A stretch of 64,000 nt of DNA from Phoronis australis. Its lineage: Eukaryota; Animalia; Phoronida. Location of the stretch: contig NMRA01000111.1 of the NCBI GenBank assembly GCA_002633005.1, forward strand, positions 809,191 to 873,190, given 5' to 3'. Position 1 is the first letter of the stretch, and each line of letters opens with the position of its first letter. This document shows, piece by piece, positions 12,801 to 23,876 of this stretch. The position numbers were made by a program, and so were the translations under genes. Under the pieces are notes generated by a model, which saw only the letters and a list, made by a program, of their open reading frames with translations, had not been told where the DNA came from and searched no databases.

Positions 12801-15800
12801 TCTCAGACAGTATTATAGAACATATTTCATTCTCTACCTGAGACAGTATGTTAGTACACAATTTATCCCTTATCTCAGACAGTATTATAGAACATATTTC
12901 ATTCTCTACCTGAGACAGTATGTTANTAACCACTAAGGCAAGTTACTGAAACAAAATACCACAACCACCCCCACCTACTAATCTGTAAAACGTACCATCA
13001 GCAGAAGATGGCAACAACGTCTGCACAATCTGTGACTGTCCCACCTCGTTCTTGTACAGGAATGACTGGAAACAGTATAGCACGGCACAGCGCAGCACGA
13101 ATGGCTGCTTCTCATTCACCATGGACATGAGCAGAACAACGATGGCCGGTCTGGGAGGGTTAGAGGGAGCCATGACTGAGGCAAAGTGTTCCTGGTTGGC
13201 ATGATTACCGCGGATGACCTCTGACACCGTGTTTATGGTCTGGAAGATAAGTGAATACTTGGATGTATTTAGTGCTTGCCATGACAATCAAAAGACAGAA
13301 ATCAAACTAAAAAAGCCGAGAAATCGGAGAGTGACATGTTACATTAAAGTACATGTTGTACACCTGGGTTAAAATTCATCGATTTTTTAAACCACATAAC
13401 AAAACCAATGAATAGACATCATGCACTCAACACACCTTTATAAAGATAATTAATGCTATATAAATGGTTCCGAATATTAAGTGACACAGAAAGTCACTAC
13501 TACAAGAAAAAAATCATCAGAAACTAACAGAAAATCAACCTACTTCTGTAAGGACCTCTGCTGGCACCCCACTTGCCATCAAAATGGAAGATAGCTGCTG
13601 TAAGAGTCCACACTGTGACATGGCCTTCTGACTCAGGGTGGCCTGCTGTTGAGGGTTGGTCGGTGACACCAGGCTACGCACCAACTGGACAGAAATTAGA
13701 AATAAAATGATCACAACACATGCTGCTAGTGGTGGCACTTGTACAGTGTGCTTGAATTCATTATTGATGCAATAATAGTATTGTTTTAGCAGCCACACAT
13801 CTCTTGATGGCTTTGGTCATACCAATCTGTCAGGAAATATGTAACACAATGGAAATGTATTAGCAATTAATGCTTTATCTTTCCCATGGTATTTACTATC
13901 CTAGCCATGCATTAAATTTAACCAGCGAGGTAGAGTTTGGGTGACCTGTAGCCCATGCCTTGATGACAAAAGCACACACTTTACAACAAACAACATGTTC
14001 TCAAAATATTTCAAATTTGTAGTTTTGTTCAGAGTTCCTTTTTAATTCTTCATGTTTGTCACAATAGAGGTTTGCTTACAAGCCAACTGAAAATTGCACC
14101 CTGAATGCAAATCGATACAAAATTCCTTGAATTTCCTTATCTATTATATACATTCTCAAGTATTGCTAGGGCAACACAACTATACATCCAAACTAGCTTT
14201 TTAATCCAGATATTGTACTGAGGATATTAAGAGGGTATTTCTGAAACCATTCTACCTGTAACATAAGATGAATGTTGGATACTTTTTGCGCTGACCATCC
14301 TCCCTGAGGGTTGGTGTCTGCTTGGTGCAGGTCAAAGTATGGTGTCAGTCTCTTAATATAGCTGCCCTCTCTGAACAAGGTCTGGTTAGATGAGTTATTC
14401 TTGAGCAGGTTCAACAACAGCATGAGAGAGTCTTCCACTACAATACCTGTGAAAGACAGTTCACATCTAGCTTTAAGAAACAGGGTTCAGGCCGAACACG
14501 CAAGGTCAAACCCGGTCAGATTCTTTCGTTTTCAACCACTCTGATTACGACATGGAGATCAGGAGAGAGAATTGATGCCCAGTAAAACAATGTGAGCATA
14601 CACTTACAGAATCCTGGAGTGGACAGAAAGTGAGTATTAGGTCACAAGTCTATTTCTAACTCAGTACACGACGTTTTATGCACTTAACAAAGCTCCAAGA
14701 ATGAGCGGACAGAAAGTGAGTATTAGGTCATAAGTCTATTTCTAACTCAGTACATGACGTTTTATGCGCTTAACAAAGCTCCAAGAATGAGAGCCACTAC
14801 ATAGCAATGTTATGTGTTTTCAGAAGTGTTACATACGTCAAAAAAGTCAAACTTTTTAATACATCTTCATCATTACACAACACTTAAACACAATCAAACT
14901 GAAAGCAAAAAGCTACCAAACAAGTGATTCTGATTACGAGTGACCAGTAAACCCACCGTACCTCCATCACTGTTTCCCTCCTCTGTCACAATGTCCAACA
15001 GTCTCTCATAAGCATTCTCAAAGGCGACAATCTTCTGGATGTTAGCATTGCCTTTGGTTAGCTGGATAAGCAGAAGTAAGGCCTGCGGACAAAAGAACAC
15101 TTTGCAAAATTCGTCCTTTTGTGTGTTTTGCTTTCAGGAATTTTAAAAGCATGTCTCTGCCAGTGGACCTGCATGACAGTGTACAGATGATCTATGACGA
15201 TGCAAGTCACTGAGGTTAACATAATGCATTAAGCTGATGAAGAATGAATCGGCATGAAATCGCTCAGATAAACAGCCATGATTACAATATCACACGTAAA
15301 ATTTCAGCCAAATGCTTCCTCACCCAAAAGTATGATGCTTTAATGCAGCCATTCCACAACAACAAAGTCAGTATCATGGAAAGTTACCAGATAGGATAAC
15401 TTTCTTGCCACTAGTGCTTTGAGTGAGATAAAAAGTTCTTATTGATCACGTTTTTGCAACAACAGCCCCATATGATTGCGACGAGTGCAAAGTTTGGAGT
15501 TTATGCATGTCCATTAGCACGCAAACTTGGTGACGTTCATTCTGATGCCTTCAGCTCTTGTAACTAGAAGAACAAGCCTTTATGCACCTGGGGCGCATTT
15601 CTTCACTTTTTGTCGATGCCAGAAGCCACATTTTACACTTAATGTTCGCAACATGTTCCTATCTGGATCATGGGCACATGCTTTTCTCAGTCAAATGAGT
15701 GTGCATACACAATTTCTTTCAAATACTGATTTATCTATCCATTGGTTGACACAGCAATGCAGCAACAGAATGACAAGCTGAAAGCAATTACTAATAATTG

Positions 15801-18800
15801 ATCGTTTTGGCAGTAGATGTAACCTCACATTACAATGAACTGTGGGAAGTCACTCAGCTAAAAGAGAATGAAACCAACCAATCAAAACAAAGAAAGCACA
15901 ATTTCCAACCCACAGGTGGTGTGATGAGAATGATACAAGTATGCTTAAAAACAGATATGGATGAAACACACAAGAAAAAAATACTTCAGGTGAGGAACTT
16001 ACATCATTGCGGATGATTTCTCTGCTGTCTGACAACAGGTCCATGAGTTTGGAGACGCCCATTGGACTGGCAAGGATGCAGTCTTGAACCTCTTTACTTC
16101 GGTTGGACAAAAGGCTTGTCATCAGCTTCACTGTTGGCCATCGCACATGGAAGTCATACTCCTGCAGAAATAACAAGAGAAGTGTCTTTTGGGATCAAAA
16201 GTCCATTTTGTCAACTTGAAAACAATCGACATCCCAAGATCAACTTTACAAGAGATTCAACTTGGAAATTTATTCTAAATGTAAAACACGGAAATTATCC
16301 GAGTCCAGATTAAAGTTTGGTAACCTTCAGGCATGGTTCAGACAAAAAATCAATGAACAGTTAGCAGATAGTCACCAACACATAGCACAAGACAAAAATC
16401 AACAAAATGAATCAAAACTCCTCATCATGATGACCAAGAGGAAACAGAACTCACTGTCAGAGGATTTGGAATGAAGGGCCATTAACCAACATGACAGAGT
16501 TATATACTATGACATCTTTCCAACTTCTTCCTAACACTTAAAATAACTACGGGTTGTCAGCTACGCAATGAGTGGCATGATGAAAATTGACACAGTACGA
16601 GACGTGCAAACAGATAACAAACCTCAAGCAGCGACAGCAGAAGGCCCACATTCTCTGGGTTCTTGATAAATATTTCTGTAAACTGTCCACCTAAGTCTTG
16701 AGGCTCACCTTGTTGGTCATCTGGAAAAGGACAAGGTACTGTCAAGGATATATTAGTTTCGACAAAAATAATACAGTGAAATGACACAAGAATGATGCAC
16801 AATGCCTAGTAAAGGCAATTAGTTTTTGGCTTGATCTTGTTCATTTTTACAAACTGGAATTCACACAACACATTTGTAGAATTTGCAATCAACAAACAGA
16901 GATAAGCCGTAATTTATCCTGCTTCATTTTCTCAGAGTTGATCATGCTGTGCGTGGGCAAGTAAATCCTCAGCTAAGTCACACGACAACATCAAGCTTCA
17001 ACGTTAAAAAAACTCTGGATAACCTCTGAGAAATTCAAAGCAATGGCCACTGAAGTTTGTTCCAAATTTACGGACATCTTCCTACCTTCCTCACTGGGTT
17101 CACTTGACATGATGCAGCACAGGGTATCCAGTGCATAGCCCAGAATCTCAGAATCACTCCTGAAAGGTAAGGACAAGCTTTGAACATGTATATCAAGCTC
17201 TAAAGAACACTGACCAGACAACAACACCCAGAAAGAAGCCACTGCTGGTTTCAAACTCTCACATGGATGAAAGTGCAAATTAAAATCCTTATCAGGAGAA
17301 TAGACACTACTAACTGCACAACTTTGCAAAATACTGAGATGAAGGAATTAAATTAATACAATACTATAAACAAGTAAATTACTGACCTGTCAGTCTGTAG
17401 AACATTTATTAGAAGTTCCATGCTTTGGGTACCAACTTCCACACGGAATTTCTAAAAGGGTAGAATTTCACATAAAACAACAAATTCAAAATGACTCATT
17501 GCTCCAGGAAGCGGAGATGTAATGGACAGTTCACATTTAGTTCCATTTTCATGATACAAACTTCAGAGATGGATAGGGTTCTAGGCCTTCTACGCACACG
17601 CTTTTGATGTCATTGATGAGGACGGATATGATATAGTCATGGTTTTTATATTATATTTTATATCAAAATGCATGAATAGCTGTTTTAAAATAATTATCAC
17701 GTCAGTTTACAAACAATAGGTTTTCAAATTTAAAACAAGCGGCATGCCAAGCTTGGTATTCAATCCCGATGAGCATAGCACATATTTGTTGATGCCTGAG
17801 CAAAGAATGCACAGCGTTTAGATTTCAAGTTATATGGCCGCACAAATCTGTGTGCACACAGTGACTGTTTTGTCAAAACTGAGCAAATAACACATAGGAG
17901 ATTAATTACAAATATTCATCGGTTGGAACTGTCATAAACATCTACAACATTTGTAAATGTCAACACAGTGTGTGGTGAATTTTCCATGATTAAAGGGGAG
18001 ATAACGACTGACTGACACACGCACGCACACTGGGAACTCGGCTAATTTAATATTATTGTGAATAAATATTCAATACAAAAATATAAACACTTTATAAACA
18101 CTTCTGGGAGGAAAGAAAAGCACTGTTCAGTAAATTTACGACAATGCAATGTAAGTGAATGGCCACTAAAATGGAATGGATTGAAACTATATCTCAAAGC
18201 TGGTGAGACTTGTAAAAAATTCCAAGCACTCACAATTAAATTGAAGAGAAAAATTGCAAAAATACCTTTGATAAGGATTTAAGGGCTCTGACAGCATCCC
18301 TGCGATCTTCAAGCAAAGTGGATGACTGAACTCGGTCACACAACCGTTCAATCTAAAATGGAAGCAAAAGTCAAGTGCAAATTTTAAATTAAAACAAGTC
18401 ATCAAAACACCCCAGCCATATCGTCACACTGTAAGTAGAATCTATCGACATGAAGCAGTACCACTGCTCAGTGGGAACTGATCTCAACACACAGTTCTCC
18501 ATAACAATTCAAACAGCCAACCCACAAATGCCTTATCATATATTGTATGTCACAATTACAAGGCCTGGCAACAGCTTTCAGCAGGGCAAAAATGATTGAA
18601 ATTGTATTGCCTAAGGGTACTAATTTTATTCAATGTTCAAAACAGACGATTTTGGAATAAGGGCAATTCCGTGAAAGGATAACCTAGAGACAAAAAAATA
18701 AAACTGTGACTATTCTTACATTTCTGTTCTCATCTGAAAGCCCAGTCTCTCTTGTTTCACAACCCATATATGACTGTCTTATAGCTTTTAATTTTTTATC

Positions 18801-21800
18801 TAAATGGACCCATTTCTGGGGTCAACAAAAAATTAACTCGATTTTCATGAGTGTCCCTAATTATTGTGACATAAATACATTAATTATGGGTATTTCACTA
18901 TATTATCAAATTTGTGCAATCACATGAAGCCCAAACTTTATAAACAAGAGTAAAGCGGAGCGTTGAAATACGCCCACGAATGCATCGCAAACGGTATGCT
19001 TTTAGGGTTGTTTATTTGTGTCATAAAAATGGTCACTAGATGGTGCAAAAAACGTACAATCAATCCAAAAATGAGAACATGTCATAGCATCTTTAATAGA
19101 AAGCTGTTCACCAAATTTCATAGAAATCTGTCATGGAACTATCACAGAAACAAAGGAAAACAGAATAAAATAAAATTGCCACCAGGGGGCACAGTGTTCA
19201 TGGGATCTGCCTGAAAGTCGTTATTGTTGTTGTTAGCTTCATGTAAATACACATACTAAATTTAATAAAGATCCAGCAGTGGGTTTAAGAGATACAACTA
19301 TGGGTGCAAAACAAAACAAAACTACCATTGGAGAAGCCACAGTAGTCAAAGTCGTCATCGTCAATCATCCTCTTCACAAAGAGAACACATACGCTAATTT
19401 TCAAAACCATCCTTAGAATGATTTTGGTTGATGGAGGGGTGGATGCCAAAAATCAGACTCGAAAACAGCCAAAAGGCCACTAGGCAGCACAAAATACTTC
19501 GATTCCATCCAGAAACAGGAGGATAGCGTCATCTTACTAATGGACGCCTGCGTTCAAAATTTCATGAAAATCCATTAAACCCTTAAAGATACAGAGGTAA
19601 ATGTAAAATCTAAAATTGCCACCAGGGGGCACACCAGTACTCAGATGATCTGTCCGAAAGTCATCGTTGTTCTTTGTCAACATCATATAAATATACTTGT
19701 TAACTTTAGTTAAGATCCTGCAAGCAAACGATTTAAGAGATAAAGCCATGGGCTCAAAAAACTAAATTGCCACTAGGAAGCGCCACAGTAGCTGAAGTCA
19801 TCGAAAAATCATCGTCAGCCATCCACTTCAGAGTAAAAACATACATGCCAATTTTCACAATTATCCTGAAAGCAGTTTGGTTGATAGAGGGTTGGACGCC
19901 CAAAAACAGACTCGAAAGCGGTAAAAATGGCCACTGGGTGGCGCAAACTAAGTCAAATCCATCTGAAAACAAAGCCTGTATCTCAAATGTTTTGAAAAAA
20001 TGTTAAGGACATTTGAAGATACAGAGGTTAATGTAAAAAAATAGAATTACCACCAGGGGGCACAAAAGTAGTCAAATCCGTCCGAACATCGTCGTCGTCC
20101 TTTGTCAACATCATATAAATACACTAACTAAATTTAGTAAAGATCCTGCAAATGGCTTAGGAGATACAGCCATGGTGCAAACAAAAACAAAACTGCCACT
20201 ACGAGGCGCCACAGTTGTTGAGATTGTCGGAAAATCGTCGTCAGTCGTCCTCTTCATAGTAAGAACATACAATCCAATTTTCACAATCATCCTTAAAGCT
20301 GTTTAGTTGATAGAGAGGTGGGTGCCAAAACAGACTCGAAAACAGTAGAAATGGCCACTAGGTGGAGCAAACTACATCAAATCCATCTGAAAACGGGAGG
20401 ATAGCGTCATCTTCGTAATAGATGCCTGTATGCCAAATTTTATGAAAATATGGATCTGTCCAAAAGTTCGCTCATGCTGTTCCATCCATGAAAGGAACAC
20501 GTGTGCAAAATTTCATGAACATGCGTCAAATGGTTTTGGAGATAGAGCAGCGGACGCTGTACGGCGCCGCCCGGACGGATGGAGATGACGGCATAATGCA
20601 TCCACAAAAGTGGGCGAATAAAAATAACATTTAACTTTGTCACATCATCCACCTCTTGCAGTCAAAGGTCAACTCCCGGATATCATGGTGTCGTACGTCC
20701 GTCATAAAAAAAGTGCTAAAAAGTTTTCAACCAAAATTAAAATAATTTCAGATTCTCTTTGAACTTGTTATTCAATACTACTGACCAAAATTTTAGATCC
20801 CAGGGATTATTCGTGAAGTCGGAAATTGTGTGACAGACGTACAGCAATTTTGTACGTCCGTCACGTGTATCCGTCACACCCATGCAATTGCAACTTTTCA
20901 GCCAATAAAATAAACTTAGGTCTCACTTTTACTTTCTAAATTAGCAGAAGATAAAATGTATTTCACACCTAAGAACCTTAAAATGATTAAATATTATTAA
21001 GGCAGCGTTAAAATCAAGTAAAGTAAAGTAGTTGCTACAGATTTTAACTTAGATGAACTGGACCTCTTCAATTTCAAAAGTATTTGTTGAAGTAGTTTAC
21101 AGTGTCATCTAGTTATTCTTAGTAAAATTCAACTTGTTAAAATCAGACAGTTGGACCACATTGTAAAATCTAAATAAAAAAATGTTAATTTAATGAATTT
21201 ATTGTTTATCTGTTGCTGCCCATGTTTGTAAAGAAAAACTTAGCTTTTGGAAAATTCAAGACACAAAACATTCATATCTAAACAAGAGACCTCAAGGAAT
21301 ACTTGCCAAGTTGCTATTGCACTGGAATCAAGTGAACGTGTCATTTCTACTCTGAACTACTATGTATGCAATGTTTTGTGTTGAAAAAGCATATGCTGAA
21401 TATTTTTAGTGGTAGCAACCTGTCATCTACTTTATTGAGCATTTTTGTCACACCTTCACTGACTGTAGCCACTCTCATTGTGTTTTTCAGTGTCTTGGCT
21501 GGCTTGTATGAAATGATTTCATAGCAAATGACTGCACTGTCTTATCTTACATATATTTTTGTCAAAACAAGAACTTTGAAACCGCAACCTTTTAAGAATG
21601 AGACTAATTTTTTTCTGATGGGCTTCGAGGAGATTAAATCAGCGTTTAGAAATGAAAGAGGAAATTGTTGGAGACCACGGTAAAAAACAGAATGCAACTG
21701 GGAGAAGAATGAATATCTGCCGGATATTCCCTGAAACTCTAAAAAATGCCATCGTGGATCAAGAAATTCATAAATGTACCATTATTTAATGCACCTCTTT

Positions 21801-23437
21801 AAAATTGAAAAAGAATGAGTTAAAAAACTTGATGAAAAGCTAATTATGCTAATCACTAAATAAAGACCACCATCTGATAAGGGCTGTTCCAGTAAAATCC
21901 GTGTGGGAGGGGGGGGACGACAGTAGAAATAAAAATTCATGGGTGGTGGTCTTCAGAAAAAACTCAAATTATGGATGGTCGTNATTCAAATTCAGGTTTA
22001 GCAACAACTCAAGTTTAATGCAGGAGGGCGTAGGCCTATAAACTAATGAATACACAGAAGTGTCTAGAAGAATCGTTGGAAAAATAGCAACCAGGGGCGG
22101 ATCCAGGATTTTTAGCTAGGGGGGGCAGGGCACGGAATAACCAGAATTTCGGCAGATACGCGCGCCCAGGGTAAATTGTGGGGACGCAGAGGCCTCGAAT
22201 GAGGACCTGTTGACTAACAAAAAAGGTAAACGGGGTTTGTTAAGGGCCTATGCGTTGTATATCATTCCCAATGAGCCCCTGCTTGCACACACCCGAACTC
22301 CCAAATGGTATCTGGTAGAATTTTAGGGGGAGCCATGGCCCCCCTAAATCCGCCGCTGGCAACTCATGTATTCAGCATGCACGACACAAGAGGAGGCTCA
22401 GCACAGGCAGCCCTACGGTAACACATTACCTAGGTGTGCACATGCACGGTGCTATTTGGGAATGTACTTGGGGCAAGTGAATTTGTTGTTCGGGCAAGTA
22501 AAAATTTCAACTACTTGCCCGAAGGGCCTAAAAAGTTAATGTTGAGCCCTGTAATATAACTCTTATATCATTCAATTGGTTTTTATACGTCGTATACCGA
22601 CGACGTTACAGGACTCAGATCACGAGGTAAGATTAAAAGGCGGTTGTCTGACGTAATAAGCGCCCATGTTCGGTTAACCGCCCACCAACAATTCCTTGAA
22701 ATTTCACGTTTAAGCGACCATGTCTGGTTAATGGCCAATCCTCGAATTTTTGGGTTTGCCAATTTAACCGCCTAAAGAGTTAACCTGAATGTTTACGGTA
22801 AATACATCAATGATTTTGGGAACTGAAATAGGGACTGCTCGAAGAAAAAGTTTGATAACAGGAGTATTTGTTCAAGTAGGAAGGAATTAAACATCCTCCT
22901 AAGGTATTGTTCCTCTATGCCCAAAAGGTATTTGTAACAATGTGACTTTGATGTTTTAGTCGGTGCGAGGCATAATTCGCCGAAAAGCTTCCAGTGTATG
23001 GAGCTCCTATAGGAGCTGCATCGCCTCTGGTCGGGCCAACAGAGGCGATTGTCATTGCCTAGGTTAGGACTGGAGTAGGAAGAGTAGTAGTTTAAATGAC
23101 ACTAACTTTATGTCAGATTTTATTTGACCTGTGACTACGGCACGCAAAAAGGCTGAAAGAGGCGGCGCAAGTGAAAAAATGTGTACGTCTTATTGTGTAA
23201 TGTGCACTCTCTGCCTGGCCAAGGGCAGGGCAAGGCCGGTCTCGTCAACTCCATCGCCACCGCCACCGCCACCGGTGTCGGGTGCTGAGGAGACACGCGT
23301 TGTTTTACAAAGTCACGTCAAGAAGTTGGTAAAAACAGTACTATAGAAATAAAAAAAGATGTGTATCCTACCGTGTCAGCACCAGATGGTTGAGCATCAC
23401 CCTGTGGGGTGCCTACAAATTTTCGTATATAGTCCAT
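845..23437 (-). CDS. USO1: General vesicular transport factor p115 (ER-Golgi tether); spliced gene with 20 visible coding exons and at least one exon missing at gap N12926
   Basis: Exons in transcription order, all with GT-AG boundaries and consistent phases except across the gap: 23372-23437 (MDYIRKFVGTPQGDAQPSGADT), 18266-18352 (IERLCDRVQSSTLLEDRRDAVRALKSLSK), 17387-17451, 17086-17159, 16623-16720, 16003-16161 (EYDFHVRWP..SPMGVSKLMDLLSDSREIIRND), 14962-15082 (IQKIVAFENAYERLLDI), 14256-14446, 13544-13684, 12996-13239, [gap; exon 3' end ..NILSQ at 12910-12925], 10878-10988, 9674-9795, 9089-9270, 8666-8781, 7814-7943, 6593-6723, 5868-6080, 5292-5480, 1425-1586 (EDLLVLLADQD), 845-901 (acidic tail VESDDDFEDDEEDEEEDD*). 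Armadillo head, coiled coil and acidic C-terminus match p115 as I recall it. Confidence 0.96.
1761..3880 (+). mobile_element. HINE/pearl-like non-autonomous element with internal ~140-bp tandem subunits bearing CTCF-like motifs
   Basis: Starts AACTAGAG..GCGGAGCGTTGAAAT, as do the copies at 18943 and 51864 (reverse complement). CCACTAGRKGGCRC-like motif recurs every ~125-150 bp; GGAC/GGAT-type tail. Confidence 0.7.
4780..5230 (+). mobile_element. 3' fragment of a non-LTR retrotransposon (LINE ORF2 C-terminus)
   Basis: Translates ARFRCSSHSLMIEVGRH..VEEEYNFLLSCDKYSELR, a typical C-terminal motif of invertebrate LINE ORF2; the zinc-knuckle residues are decayed. Confidence 0.7.
8050..8201 (-). 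repeat. Two decayed 77-bp copies of the 3' end of USO1 exon 8666-8781 plus its intron start
   Basis: Copies translate DYRI*TQESIVNQY*ELVRQQ and DYSVQEQERIVSEYKKVI*EE, compared with the exon DHNVQEHESIVSQYKELIRDQ. Each is followed by a 14-nt tail like GTAATGCTATACCT. Confidence 0.75.
8202..8646. mobile_element. MITE with TA target-site duplication
   Basis: Terminal inverted repeats GTAGAGACCCTGGCTTTCTG and reverse-complement GTGGACTCCCTGGTTTTCTG (16/20 match). TA flanks at 8200-8201 and 8647-8648; removing the element restores the 77-bp repeat register. Confidence 0.7.
9796..10877 (-). other. U12-type (minor spliceosome) GT-AG intron of USO1
   Basis: 5' splice site GTATCCTTC (10877-10869). 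Branch site TTTTCCTTAAC (9815-9805) lies about 8 nt upstream of the AG acceptor, with no polypyrimidine tract. Confidence 0.88.
9982..10611. mobile_element. Foldback element with ~195-bp inverted arms inside the U12 intron
   Basis: 9982-10177 is the diverged reverse complement of 10419-10611 (e.g. GACAACCTGTGGTGTCCCAG / CTGGGACACCACAGGTTGTC). Confidence 0.85.
11745..12925 (-). repeat. 72-bp tandem repeat, 16 copies (dimer of two diverged 36-mers), containing a USO1 exon end and splice donor
   Basis: Unit TGTACTAACATACTGTCTCAG|GTAGAGAATGAAATATGTTCTATAATACTGTCTGAGATAAGGGATAAATTG; copies nearly identical; array abuts N12926. Confidence 0.97.
14617..14791. repeat. Direct tandem duplication, 2 x 86 bp
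   Basis: GGACAGAAAGTGAGTATTAGGTCA..AAAGCTCCAAGAATGAG occurs twice in tandem. Confidence 0.9.
18943..20625 (+). mobile_element. HINE/pearl-like element, same family, apparently complete
   Basis: AACAAGAG start, about 10 subunits, CCGGACGGATGG microsatellite-like tail, terminal hairpin CCACAAAAGTGG, A-rich flank. Confidence 0.72.
22092..22358 (+). mobile_element. MITE with CAG(G/T)GGCGGAT termini and 5-bp TSD GCAAC
   Basis: Ends CAGGGGCGGATCC..AATCCGCCGCTG, flanked by GCAAC on both sides. Confidence 0.85.
22811..23063 (-). mobile_element. Solo arm of the long-TIR CCTAGGCAATGAC element
   Basis: Closely similar to 46445-46706. Confidence 0.8.
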
Positions 23438-23876
23438 ATTTTTGTCGAACAAAAATAACAGCAAGAAGCTCGACTGAGTCCACGCATGCGCTTTCGACGT
23501 GGCAAAGTTTTACTTCCGTATATTCGTGGACTAGCCTTTTTCTCGTTTCTGACTTTTTCTTAGAGTAAATTTAAAATTTTCTGCTATCTGGTTGGACAGA
23601 AACGTATTTTGAAGTGTTCCACTTAGCCTCGAATAGTATGGACATAAATAAATTGTTATTCGATGACCTTATTTTTGTTAACCTACTTATTGAAGAAGTT
23701 GACCTAGATAATAGAGAAAACACCGTCGGCGTTGACGAGCTCAAACACTATCGTCGTATGGTTCTCGAGTTTTGCATCCTCATCTTATTGGTTTCTTGCA
23801 TGTAAAAGGCGTGTACGGGTATCTTTTTTAATTATTTTTGATCGTGTGATTTTGGGACCACATTTGTCGCCGCATA
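23438..23876. promoter_or_regulatory. Bidirectional promoter and 5' UTR region shared by USO1 and the ELOVL gene
   Basis: Divergent start codons about 440 bp apart in CpG-rich DNA. NRF1-like ACGCATGCGC 23482-23491, GACGTGGCA 23496-23504, ETS-like ACTTCCG 23512-23518. Confidence 0.6.

Noticed and set aside
11776-12933. 385-aa repetitive ORF as an independent gene, or the array as CRISPR
   Set aside because: It starts across an N and is simply the open frame of a 72-bp repeat with no unique spacers. It is explained as an amplified USO1 exon/intron junction in a eukaryote with no cas genes.
14815-14880. Intronic C/D-box snoRNA (ATGATGA..CTGA on the minus strand)
   Set aside because: Too short, with no convincing terminal stem or rRNA-complementary guide.
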